From contig NC_057718.1 in NCBI RefSeq assembly GCF_004010195.1, positions 91,141,651 to 91,186,403 of the forward strand: 44,753 nucleotides of DNA, read 5' to 3'. Below the pieces are notes generated by a model that was not told the origin of the DNA, made no database searches, and saw only the letters and a program-made list of their open reading frames with translations. Shown piece by piece: positions 10,877-22,124 of this stretch. This DNA is from Chiloscyllium plagiosum (Eukaryota). How positions within the stretch are numbered: position 1 is the first letter of the stretch; each line of letters opens with the position of its first letter. Made by a program: the position numbers and the translations under genes.

Positions 10877-10962
10877 ATATGAGAAAAGCCTTATCAAGAG
10901 ATACAGAGAAGAAATCAATAATACCCCTTCCTCATCCAGTTAGACCTGAAGATATTGAATAA
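10877..10962 (+). CDS. NAA20: NAA20 last coding exon (86 nt including TAA)
   Basis: (D)MRKALSRDTEKKSIIPLPHPVRPEDIE*; AACAG acceptor. Confidence 0.97.
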
Positions 10963-11869
10963 CTTTAAGCTGTGGTTGTTGGGCAATGTATAAACCAAAA
11001 GTTATATATACTTTTATTGTTTTAATGAGAGAATGCTGAGAAATGTTTCAAGATACTGAATATTTTATTAAAGATAAGAGCATTTGCTATTTGACTGTAA
11101 ATAGTGCTGACAGTTTCAATACTTTGACTAAATATTGTTATATTTTAAAGATAAATTTGAGACCAGTATCTCACATTTGGTTTATAGCCCAAGAGCCACA
11201 GCTTTATCAGGAAACACTTGAGTTTAGTGTATTTTTTTCCCTAATTGATAATAGTCCTTTAAATACATTAAGAATGGATGCAAAGAAATCTTATGTGTAC
11301 TTCATGAATGTTTGTGTAACATTTAAATTGTCAATTTAGTGATATGCAGAATATGTTTGAATACTATTGGCAGCTCCTGTAAAGTCTCAGTACTTCCGGG
11401 AAAAGTACCCGAGTTGTCTGTTGGGAATGTTAACAGTGGAGCTTAATTTTAAACACCGGTGTTACATGAAAACACTGTGTATAATGTAATTATATTGTTT
11501 TTGTCAACAGGAAAGGTATTCTCTGAAGAACTTGTACTGATAATGTTGGCACTTTACACTCTCAAAACTTCGAGTTCTTTAATGGACTTATAGATTTACT
11601 TTTATTTTTTCTGCTATTAACTAGACAGCGCAGCAGTCTGTCTAACAGAAGGTAGCAATTGAATTTTCATTTGCTGTATTCCAGCTTACAACTGGGATGA
11701 GAGGGGTGGGGCAAGGGAAGATGAGAGACACCTTCTGACATGTAACAGTGTGGGGAATAGGTTGGGAGGGCGTCACAAGATCGCTTGTTTGAACCAGATA
11801 AGGGTTTCTTTAAAAGATTCATATTTGTTCAGTTTTATTGTAACACATGGTGCTGTAATCAATTGTCAA

Positions 11870-11875
11870 AATAAA
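11870..11875 (+). terminator. Candidate NAA20 polyadenylation signal (a proximal ATTAAA is at 11067-11072)
   Basis: First AATAAA I found after the stop codon, with GU/U-rich sequence at ~11910-11935 downstream. Confidence 0.55.
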
Positions 11876-12199
11876 TGTTTACCTTAAAATTGATATGTGT
11901 ACAGAATCTGCTTTGGTTTAATGTTATAGTTTTTCCTGAGAATAATTCCAGTTTTATGATGATAAAATCCTGAATCACTGTTTTCCTCAAGGTTCTCTGT
12001 TGTGAAACATGCAGCAAGTAGTTAAGGCCAAATGTTAGATTTTATTTTGATACTTATTTGAAACTGCACTGTTTGAACATGTGCCAACGGGAGAAAAAAA
12101 AATTGAACGCTTTGATGCGATGAACTTTGCTGCCTCAAACCTTACGTAAGAAGTTTATTTTAATCTCTTGGCATTTATGTCTTTGTAATCTACAGACTT

Positions 12200-12660
12200 G
12201 ATTTAATGCATTCCTGTATGGCCACTCTTATTCCACCCTTGGTCAGCATGAGGTTGTCCACCCTCTGTTGCCCATGACCTAATACACACAATCCTGTTCA
12301 CATTGCCTCCACCATGTTTGCTGACTAACATTGGTTCTCAGTGATTTCCTCCTTGTTTTCAAACATCTCTATGACCTTGCACCCCCTTACCTCTGTAAAC
12401 TCCTCCAGCTCTATGATCGATCAGAATATCAGAGTTCTTCTATTTCTGGCCTTTTGAGAGTCATTGATTTTAATGGCTCCACAATTGGTGCCTAAGTTGT
12501 TTGCTGTGGAATTTTCTCCCAATTCTTTACTTTGTTTTTCTTTGACCAAGCCTTTGGACATAATACCTCCTTTCATGCCTCCATACTATATTTTAAAAAG
12601 CTTTCTGGAAATGCCTTGATAGAATATATCACCTTAAAGGCACTATAAATGCAACTTTTA
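12200..12660 (+). mobile_element. L2-clade LINE 3' remnant
   Basis: Degenerate L2 3' region ending in AAAGGCACTATAAATGCAA. Confidence 0.5.
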
Positions 12661-13064
12661 GAAAAAACTCTGACTCATTTTTCTCATGTTGATCAGGATA
12701 TTGGCATGAAACTTTTGAGGTGGTAGTTGTCGTCCATTATTATTTGGGCACTGTTCTGATAATTTCAGCTTGTACTTGTTGTAATAGTCATCTTCTGTAA
12801 TTATATATGCAGTCAGGAAGTGTCCTTGACAGACTGAGCTCGTTCATTGTGAGTTCATGCACTGGAGACCATATAGGTTACTGTCCCTCAAACTCAAGCT
12901 TGCATATGCTGGAAGTGGCCTCTTGATAGGCAGTGTTCTCCATTGGGGTGACTAACAAATGCTGTTTAAGGGAGTGCAGGAACCAAGGTGTGTGTCTGGG
13001 GAATAGCAGGGATTTTCATGTTGGGGCAATTATATAGGGGAGGTTCTCAAATATTTATGCCAGT

Positions 13065-15836
13065 AAGAAGAATAGGGTGGTTATGGTAGGGGATTTTAAC
13101 TTTCCAAACATAGACTGGGACTGCCATAGTGTTAAGAGTTTAAATGGAGAGGATTTTAAGTGTGTACAAGAAAATTTTCTGATTCAATATGTGGATATAC
13201 CTACTAGAGAAGATGCAAAACTAGACCTACCCTTGGGAAATAAGGCAGGGCAGGTGACTGAGGTGTCAGTGGGGGAGCACTTTGGGGCCAGCGACCATAA
13301 TTCTAGTGATGGCAAAGGATAGACAAGACCAAAATTGAAATTCTAAATTAGAGAAAGGCCAATTTTGACGGTATTAGGCAAAACTTTCGATAGCTGATTG
13401 GGGGCAGATGTTCACAGGTAAAGGGATGGCTGGAAAATGGGAAGCCTTCAGAAATGAGATAACAAGAATCCAGAGAAAGTATATTCATGTCAGGGTGAAA
13501 GGGAAGGCTGGTAGGTATAGGGAATGCTGGATGACTAAAGAAATGGAGGGTTTGGTTAAGAAAAAGAAGGAAGCATATGTCAGGTATAGACAGGATAGAT
13601 CAAGTGAATCCTTAGAGTATAAAGGCAATAAGAGTATACTTTAGAGGGAAATCAGGAGGGCAAAAAGGGGACATGAGATAGCTTTGGCAAATAGAGTTGA
13701 GAATCCAAAGGGTTTTTACAAATACATTAAGGACAAAAGGGTAACTAGGCAGAGAATAGGGCCCCTCAGAGATCAGCAAGGCAGCCTTTGTGTGGAGCTG
13801 TAGAAATGGTGGAGATACTAAATGAGTATTTTGCATCAGTATTTATTGTGGAAAAGGATATGGGAGATATAGACTGTAGGGAAATAGATGGTGACACATT
13901 GCAAAATGTCCATACTACATAGGAGGAAGTGCTGGATGTCTTGAAATGCATAAAGTTGAATAAATCCCCAGGACCTGATCAGGTGTACCCTAGAACTCTG
14001 TGGGAAGCTAGAGAAGTGATTGCTGGGCCTCTTGCTGATATATTTGTATCATTGATAGTCACAGGGTGAGGTGCCGGAAGACTGGAGGTTCGCTAACATG
14101 GTGCCACTATTTAAGAAGGGTGGTAAGGACAATCCAGGGAACTATAGACCAATGAGCTTCACGTCAGTGGTGGGGAAGTTGTTGGAGGGAATCCTGAGGG
14201 ATAGGATGTACATGTATTTGGAAAGGCAAGGACTGATTAGGGATAGTCAACATGGCTTTGGGCGTGGGAAATCATGTTCTCAAACTTGATTGTTACTTCT
14301 TCAATAAAACAAAGAGGATTGATGAGGGCAGAGCCGTAGATGTGATCTATATGGATGTCAGTAAGGCATTTGACAAGATTCCCCAGGGGAGACTGGTTAG
14401 CAAGGTTAGATCTCACTGAATAAAGGAAGAATTAGCTATTTGGATACAGAACTGGCTCAAAGGTAGAAGACAGAGGGTGGGGGTGGAGGGTTGTTTTTCA
14501 GACTGGAGGTCTGTGACCAGTGAAGTGCCACAAGGATCAGATTAGATTAGATTACATTACAGTGTGGAAACAGGCCCTTCGGCCCAACAAGTCCACACCG
14601 ACCCGCCGAAGCATAACCCACCCATACCCCTACATTTACCCCTTACCTAATACTATGGGCAATTTAGCACGGCCAATTCACCTGACCTGCACATCTTTTG
14701 GACTGTGGGAGGAAACTGGAGCACCCGGAGGAAACCCACGCAGACACGGGGAGAACGTGCAAACTCCACACAGTCGCCTGAGGTAGGAATTGAACCCGTG
14801 TCTCTGGCGCTGTGAGGCAGCAGTGCTAACCACTGTGCCACCACGCTGCCCACAAGATCAGTGCTGGGTCCTCTACTTTTTGTCATTTACGTAAATGATT
14901 TGGATATAAGCATGAGAGGTACAGTTAGTAAGTTTGCAGATGACACCAAAATTGCAGGTGTAGTGGGCAGCGAAGAAGGTTACCTCAGATTAAAATAGGA
15001 TCTTGATCAGATGGGCCAATGGGCCAAGAAGTGGCAGATGGAGTTTAATTCAGATAAATGTGAGGTGCTACATTTTGGGAAAGCAAATCTTAGCAGGACT
15101 TATACACTTAATGGTAAGGTCCTAGGGAGTATTGCTGAACAAAGAGACCTTGTAGTGCAATTCATAGCTCCTTGAAAGTGGAGTCGCAGGTAGATAGGAT
15201 AGTGAAGGTGTTTGGCCTGCTTTCTGTTATTGGTCAGAGTACAGGAGTTGGGTGGTCATGTTGTGGCTGTACAGGACATTGGTTAGGCCACTGTTGGAAT
15301 ATTGTGTGCAATTCTGATCTTCCTATCGGGAAGATGTTGTAAAACCTGAAAGCGTTCAAAAAGGATTGACAAGAATATTGTCAGGGTTGGAGGATTTGAG
15401 CTATAGGGAGAGGCTGAACAGGCTGGGGTTGTTTTCCCTGGAGTGTTGGAGGTTGAGGGGTGACCTTATAGAGGCTTACAAAATCATGGGCATGGATAGG
15501 ATAAATAGACAAAGTCTTTTCCCTGGGGTGGGGGAATCCAGAACTAGAGGGCACAGGTTTAGAGTGGGAGGGGCAAGATATAAAAGGGATCTAAAGGGCA
15601 ACTTTTTCACGCAGATGGTGCTATGTGTATGGAATGAGCTGCCAGAGGAAGTGATGGAGGCTGGTACAATTGCAACATTTAAAAGGCATTTGGATGGGTG
15701 TATGAATAGGTAGAGTTAGAAGGGATATGGGTGGAGTGCTGGCAGGTGCGTCTAGATTGGGTTGGGAAATATGGTCAGCATAGACGGGTTGGACCGAAGG
15801 GTCTGTTTCCATGCTGTACATCTCTATGACACTATG
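13065..15836 (+). mobile_element. CR1 LINE (HER1-like), 5'-truncated ORF2 pseudogene (end of endonuclease plus RT) with intact 3' tail
   Basis: Motifs GDFNFPNIDW, SDHN, PEDWR.ANMVPLFKKG..PGNYRP, KFADD, RGHRFRV and FFTQ.V..WNELP. Ends CTCTATGACACTATGA. Many frameshifts. Confidence 0.95.
14541..14851 (-). mobile_element. Full-length HE1-type tRNA-SINE inserted in the CR1
   Basis: Minus strand has box A TGGCACAGTGG, box B GGTTCAATTCC and a (TCTAA)n tail. TSD ACAAG(G)ATCAG at 14530-14540 and 14852-14861. Confidence 0.92.
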
Positions 15837-16304
15837 ATAGTTCATGGGCAAAATTCATTGGCAAAATGTTTATGAAGATGGTTAAATTTAGAATATGTGT
15901 GGGCAGTTAAATGGGGCGGTTCACATTGGCCGATATTTCACAGATGAATAAACTCAGTGGCAGGAAAGAGGGCAAAAAGATAAAAACATGAGATAAGGTG
16001 CTGTGCTATGATGTAGTTAGTTTAGCACCATCAGCATGTCCATGAAGCTGCAATTCTTCACATCTGTCATTTACCAATATATGGATGGGAACAAATAAAG
16101 GCATCATTTTAAGTTGGCCATCTTTAACCAGTGCTGCCTACATAAGGATTCAGAGCATCCCACACAGAGTTAGCTTCATCAATAGAGAAGCCTGGTTAAA
16201 GGTACCTGCACGGTGTCATGGACAGATATTGGAGACTGGGAAAATATGTTGGAATAGCAGTTGAATTAACACGACTGTATGAAACACAATTGGGACTTAG
16301 AGAG

Positions 16305-16482
16305 AAGATTGATTGAGTTTTTTTTGAAGAAGCAACAGAGGAGTGATGAAGGCAGAGAGGTGGACGTGATCCATTTGGACTTCAGTAAGGCGTTCAACAA
16401 GATTCCCTGTGGGAGACTGGTTAGCAAGGTTAGATTTCATGGAATACAGGGAGAACTAGCCATTTGGATACAGAACTGGCAG
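16305..16482 (+). mobile_element. CR1 RT fragment
   Basis: LIEFF...VDVIHLDFSKAFNKIP.GRLVSKVR.HGIQGELAIWIQNW. Confidence 0.85.
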
Positions 16483-16499
16483 GTTTTCAATTTTTGACT

Positions 16500-17620
16500 G
16501 CACATGCCAACTCTGCAAAGGCCTCCTAACATCTGGGAGCTAGTGCCAAAATTGGAACAGGTGTCTCACAGACTAGTCAAGCAACAGCCTGACATAGTCA
16601 TACATCTGAGGCACCATCTCTGGCTGTGTCCTGTCCCAACAGCAGGACAGACATGGCAAGGATTTCATTGTCCACTACCAAGAATGACTTGGCAGTAGTA
16701 CTACTGATTAAGCTGGTCGAGTCCAAAAGGACATTGCTGCTAGACCGGGACAAAGAGAAAAGCATACTTGATCTCAGCATTACCAGTCTGCTGGCTGCAG
16801 ATGCATCTGTCTGTGAGAGTCCTTGTGGAGACAAAGTTCTGCCTTTGCATTGAGAATACCCTCCATCATGTTGTGTGGCATTATTACTGTGACAAATAGG
16901 ACAGGCTTCAGATAGCTCCAGCAACTCAAGATTGGACCTCCTTGAGGTGCTGTGGGCAGAGTTGTACTCCAGCATAATATACAACCTCATGGTCAAGCAT
17001 ATCTCCCACTCAATCACCATTATCAAGCCAGGAGAATCAATCCTGGTTCAATGGAGTGTCCAGGTGGGCATGCCCAGAGCAGCAGCAGGCATACTGTAAA
17101 ATGAGATGTTAACCTGGTGAAGTTACCAAACAAGACTACTTGCATGCCACACAGCATAAATCAGCAAGTGACAGACAAGTGATTCCATAACCAACAGATC
17201 AGATTTGAGCTTTGCAGTCATAGATGCTGGACTCCCCTACACTGGGGGGGGGGAAAAAAAAAGATCTTGGCTATTCACCCTATCCATGCTCCTCATGGTT
17301 TTATAACCATGAAGGGTTTTAGGTCACCCTTCAGCACATGATGCTCTGGGGTAAAGAAAAAACCCAGCTTATTCAGCACTTGGCTATTCACCCTATCCAT
17401 GCTCCTCATGGTTTTATAACTTCTATAAGGTCACCCTTCAGCACATGATGCTCTGGGGTAAAGAAAAAACCCAGCTTATTCAGCACCTCCTCGTAGCTCA
17501 AAACCCCCAACCCTGGTAACATCTTTGTCCTGCCCCATCCAGTCATGAATGGTGGTGTGCAATTAAAGAACTCACTAGAGGAGGTTCTACAAATATCACC
17601 ATCCTCAATGATGGAAGAGA
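16500..17620 (+). mobile_element. Degenerate non-CR1 LINE fragment (AP-endonuclease region), interrupted at ~17221-17525 by an antisense CR1 piece
   Basis: SHRLVKQQPDIVI is a PDI(V)I endonuclease-type motif, with a later PWFN-like motif at ~17041. Clade not determined. Confidence 0.5.
17266..17486 (-). repeat. Tandem duplication (2 x ~110 bp) inside an antisense CR1 fragment
   Basis: CTTGGCTATTCACCCTATCC...CCCAGCTTATTCAGCA occurs at 17266-17378 and 17379-17485. Confidence 0.9.
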
Positions 17621-18090
17621 CTAACTATTAGCCACCATTAAATCACCTGTGTTTTCCAATGATTAATTTACATGCAAAGCCTATTAAGATCAATGCAAAC
17701 CATCAGGTGAGCAATAGGCAGGAAGATACGGAGGGATGTCTGGAGCTCTAAGTCAGATCCTAGATTTCTTTCAGATGCAACTTTCATTGCACAGAAACCA
17801 AGTTCAACTTGGGACAGTAGGTATGGTGAAATGCCTTAATTGACACTGTTTCTCCAAACATAGGACATCAGAATAATAGATTCCAATCTAAGTACAACTA
17901 ATGTTTATCTGGGAGTAAGAGGGAAGGAACTATTTGTCCAAGTAATGTACATCTTGCAAAATACAATTACTTGGTGCTCAAGGGATGAAAGTGGTGGTGG
18001 AATTTATCATTGTTCAACGTACTTGGTCATGGACGACTTGTAGCTCGGGTGCTCGTTGTGGTTCTGTTCACCGAGCTGGGAATTTGTGTT

Positions 18091-18130
18091 GCAGACGTTT
18101 CGCCCCCTGTCTAGGTGACATCCTCAGTGC
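18091..18130 (-). ncRNA. Minimal type-I hammerhead ribozyme motif (intact core)
   Basis: Minus strand GCA-CTGAGGA-T-GTCACCT(AGAC)AGGGGGC-GAAA-CG-TC-TGC. Confidence 0.78.
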
Positions 18131-19306
18131 TTGGGAGCCTCCTGTGAAGCGCTTCTGTGATCTTTCCTCCGGCATTTGTAGTAGTTTGAATCTGCCGCTT
18201 CCGGTTGTCAGTTCCAGCTGTCCGCTGCAGTGGTCTGTATATTGGGTACAGGTTGATGTGCTTATTGATTGAATCTGTGGGTGAGTGCCATGCCTCTAGG
18301 AATTCCCTGGCTCTATCACCTCTGTTCACCTCTATCGACAAAACTCTAGCCAGAGAAACAATAGCCAACCTGCTGGACATACAGAAGACAACAGGAAGTT
18401 GAACCTATCAACAAAGACGGCATACTCAAACTACTGGACCTGTGCCTCACAACACACTTCACATTCAACAACCAAATATATGAACAAATCTACGGCACAC
18501 CCAGGGGCTCACCCATCTCTGGACTCATAGCAGAAGCAGTAATGCCAAGATTAGAACAAACTGCAAATTCAACCCAAACTCTGGGTCAGATAGGGGGATG
18601 GCACCTTTGTAATTATTAAAAACACAGAAATAGAGAACACCCACTGGATCATCAACACCACACTCACAGGAATCCGATTCACTAGAGAGGAAGAAAAGGA
18701 CAACCAACTCCCATTCCTAGACGTGATGGTACAGAGAACACCTAACGGAGAATTCACCACAAAGGTATACAGGAAAGCCACACACAGAACTACGAAAGCA
18801 ACCACCCCAACACACACAAAAGTTGCATCAAGACACTATTCAAAAGGGCCACAACACACTGCAGTACACCAGAACTGCAAAAAGAGGAAGAACAACACCT
18901 GTACAAGGTATTCGCCAAAAACGGATACCCGCACAATTTCATCAACAGATGCCTAAGGGAAAGACAACGGAACGAGGACATGCTACAACCCAAAAGACTA
19001 GCCACACTACCATACATCAAGAGCATTTTCGAACTGACAACCAGACTACTGTGACCACTAGGACTCATAACAGCACACAAACCAACAGCCACTCTACTAT
19101 TATAGGACAAGCCAAACAGAGAACAGCCAGGGAATTCCTAGAGGCATGGCACTCATCCACAGATTCAATCAATAAGCACATCGACCTGGACCCAATATAC
19201 CGACCACTGCAACGGACAGCTGGAACTGACAACCAGAAGTGGCAGATTCAAACCGCTACAAATGCCGGAGGAAAGATCACAGAAGCGCTTCACAGGAGGC
19301 TTCCAA

Positions 19307-19346
19307 GCACTGAGGATGTCACCTAGACAGGGGACGAAACGTCTGC
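19307..19346 (+). ncRNA. Minimal type-I hammerhead ribozyme motif (intact core)
   Basis: GCA-CTGAGGA-T-GTCACCT(AGAC)AGGGGAC-GAAA-CG-TC-TGC. Stem III is reduced to the palindrome ACGT; predicted cleavage after C19343. Confidence 0.8.
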
Positions 19347-20744
19347 AACGCAAATTCCCAGCTCGGCGAACAGAACCACAACATGGACGACTGTGAAAAC
19401 AAACAGTCAATCTAGTTACAAATTATTCAAGATCTAAAATATTATCAATTGGGAACCTCACCATTATCAATGTCTTCTTGCTCACCTATTGGTGGTGTGT
19501 TCCTTACCCTCTTGAGTGAGTGACTGTTCCAATTTAAACAACTGCACCAGCAAACTTTGTTTAAAATGTTTTAAAAAACATGTCACAACTCACAAAACTT
19601 GCACAGTAGATGCAGATGGAGAAAAAAAGTAGTGTACAATTATCTCAGTACTTTTCATGGTAGGCCTGTAGTTTCTTTGTTGAGTTGATATTTTAGCTGA
19701 AGTAAAGGTCTTGTGAAGTACAGGATCCTCAGTAAACTGTGAGGCTTTCTGTAGTTGAATTTCCAGGAGGTTGGCTCTCAGGTGAATGTGAGGTTGGAAG
19801 AGGTTGGGGTAAAAATCTTTCGGCTTAGTTGACTTGCAGCTCATTTAATGGCTTTCTGATAGAACTGTCTGCAAACTGCTTCTTGCTTAATTTTAAAAGC
19901 AAACAGAAGCTATCTCATCACGTGATCATCAGTTTAAAGTCATTTTTCAACTAAGGTGGATAGTTCAAGTATATATTCCATATTGCAACATATATGCTTT
20001 GAGAATCTTTGCATCTCAATGACCCATGCAATTTTAAATGACTTTTTTGAATGCATTTGAGGAATGGTAATTGAATCAACATAATTCTGGTTTCTTTTGT
20101 TCTCTCTGAAGTCAGGTGATCCTTGGACAGCCATCTTTTTGCAGCTTTTCAAATATGAAAGTGGTCAGTTTTTCAAACATAATTAGTTTGCAATTCAATA
20201 TTCTGGGGGATGACGACAATCAAGTTTACTGATGCCTTCACACAGTTTCTCAAAATTGTAAAGATTTATACAAATTTTCCTAGACCTTGAACCCTGACAC
20301 AGCTTTGACTGTATCTTCTCTGCTCCTAGTGAACTTACTGCACAGTAAGGAAAACAGCATCCACACACTAGCAATGAGAACAGGATGAAGAACACCTAAT
20401 TTTAGCTACTTTTCTGTGGTCGAATTCAGAGCAGTCCAATATGAAGAATGAGTAGGGGATGACCATTTAGACATTCTATACGAATTGACATGGTAACACA
20501 GTGGTTGGGTTACTGCACGCATAGTTCAGAAGCATCAACAGAATACTGAGAGTTTAAAATCTACTCACTTAAATTTAAAACTTTGAGATCAAATTTGAAG
20601 TACAGATAAACAATGAGCAGGTTAGGGTCGGTTGTAGAAAGTATCTCGCTGGGAGGTTATTCTGATCACAACTAAAAATAGTAATGAGAAATTATAGCAT
20701 AGCACAAGAAATATAGAAAAATAAACCTTGGGTACAAAAATTCA

Positions 20745-20750
20745 TTTAAT
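20745..20750 (-). terminator. Candidate CRNKL1 polyadenylation signal (ATTAAA)
   Basis: TTTAAT on the + strand ~130 nt after the stop codon, with U-rich sequence downstream on the - strand. Confidence 0.45.
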
Positions 20751-20877
20751 AAGCACTTTGAAGACAGTTCTAGCTTTTGAAATATTGTACAAAAAAAATT
20801 AGAAAATATTTTGGAAAAAAGTGAAAAAAATGAACAGCAATAGAGCGGGGAAGGTTTCTGTAAAGATTGTCCATACA

Positions 20878-21051
20878 TCATGATTCAGTCTCATTTTCAT
20901 CTGCATCTTTGTCAGGATTATCTTCTGGTTCTTTCTCATCGTGCAGCTGTTTCTTCCAGAGCTTGGCCATTGCAAGTAGTTTGAGGTTTGGCTGGTTGGC
21001 AGCATCTTCTGGGAAGATGTAATCGTAATACTCTTCCCAACCAGCGTCTGT
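20878..21051 (-). CDS. CRNKL1: Crooked neck pre-mRNA splicing factor 1, last coding exon
   Basis: TDAGWEEYYDYIFPEDAANQPNLKLLAMAKLWKKQLHDEKEPEDNPDKDADENETES*; TTACAG acceptor. Confidence 0.96.
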   Translation of the reverse strand, partial: TDAGWEEYYDYIFPEDAANQPNLKLLAMAKLWKKQLHDEKEPEDNPDKDADENETES

Positions 21052-21439
21052 CTGTAAATTAAGAAAATTATTGGAAAATGTTACTTAGTGAAATCATGTC
21101 AAGTTTAATATAGTCATGTTCAGGATTCCAAAATAATTAATCCGCTTTATTTTTACATTTCCTTGAAAAGAGGCAAGTTTCCCGAGCACTAAGCCTCTGT
21201 AAAACCAGAGACAATTTATCATCGGTTGCAAAATAAGATGGGTAAATAGCCAAGATTTCAGGGACATTTACTTTAATTAAAAGAAAAGTCTCACCTCTAT
21301 TTGTTGCATGATCGTTTGCAGTTCTCTACAATACTTAAGCAGGTTTATAGTTAATTATATATTTGGCCATTAGTTTAGTAACAATGAGATTTCCCCCTTT
21401 GTCACCAAAACAAGCAACTTTACGGATGCTTTGCCTTAC

Positions 21440-21688
21440 CCCATCTTCTGCCTGCAGCTTTCTCCTCTTCTTGACACGTCCTGGCATGAGTTTTCGCACT
21501 CTTTCTTGTGAAGACTCTGTGCCAAATTCTGTTTCAAAGTCCCTCCAGGACTCCAAGAATATGAGTCGTTCTTCTTTTTCCTCACAGTTCCGTAGAGATC
21601 TGTTGGCGTCCTCATAAATTTGTCGGCATCTGGATATGCGTTCTGGCACATCCACAGAAAGCTCAAATTGAACATAACTGATCCATAC
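21440..21688 (-). CDS. CRNKL1: CRNKL1 coding exon (249 nt)
   Basis: VWISYVQFELSVDVPERISRCRQIYEDANRSLRNCEEKEERL...KKRRKLQAEDG; AG/GTAAG, phase 0. Confidence 0.96.
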
Positions 21689-22124
21689 CTACAGAAACAG
21701 AAACAGTCATTGTAATTTCAAAAGATTGACAGCACAAAAATACAATAGCATGGATTAAAAATCTCCTTCTATTTCCTCCAGTCCCACAGTGGCACTTGCT
21801 ACAATAATGAATGTGATAAAGGCGCCTATTTCAGGAGTAACATAGCAGAAAATTATAAAGTAGTTTCTAATCAATCAGGTTCAGATAGTGTAAAATTTAT
21901 GGAACTGTATACTAGTTACCTAATAGTAAAATTAGATTACAACTCATTCACTTGTCGGTAACAACAATATTTTCTGGTTTTGATTTTACATTGATGAAAA
22001 CTCCAAGCATTGCTTTGCCCTTAACATTTTTATACAATGTGATTCTTTGATTTTAATAGCCATCAATTCATATGATTAGTAAATTATCTAATATTAAATT
22101 ATCTAACATTTTGAACGAAGTACT

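Larger units (their letters stand above)
18039..19381 (+). mobile_element. Penelope-like element with inverted terminal arms, RT remnant and 11-bp TSD
   Basis: TSD CATGGACGACT at 18028-18038 and 19382-19392. 18055-18311 is the reverse complement of ~19125-19382. The inner part encodes LFTSID, LLDLCLTTHFTFNNQIYEQ..GTP.GSPISGLIAE, FTREEE..NQLPFLDV and EFLEAWHS..SINKHIDLDPIY. Confidence 0.93.

Noticed and set aside
18723..19326. PLE ORFs as a functional RT/endonuclease
   Set aside because: The YVDD region is mutated to a stop plus GDG, with several frameshifts and a deletion of the GIY-YIG motif.
19940..20395. Minus-strand ORFs in one frame, the first with a hydrophobic Cys-rich N-terminus (FFILFSLLVCGCCFPYCAVSSLG), suggesting a secreted-protein or interferon-like pseudogene
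   Set aside because: Starts at GTG, has three stops between the ORFs, and shows no recognisable family motif or splice structure. Most likely chance ORFs in the CRNKL1 3' flank.
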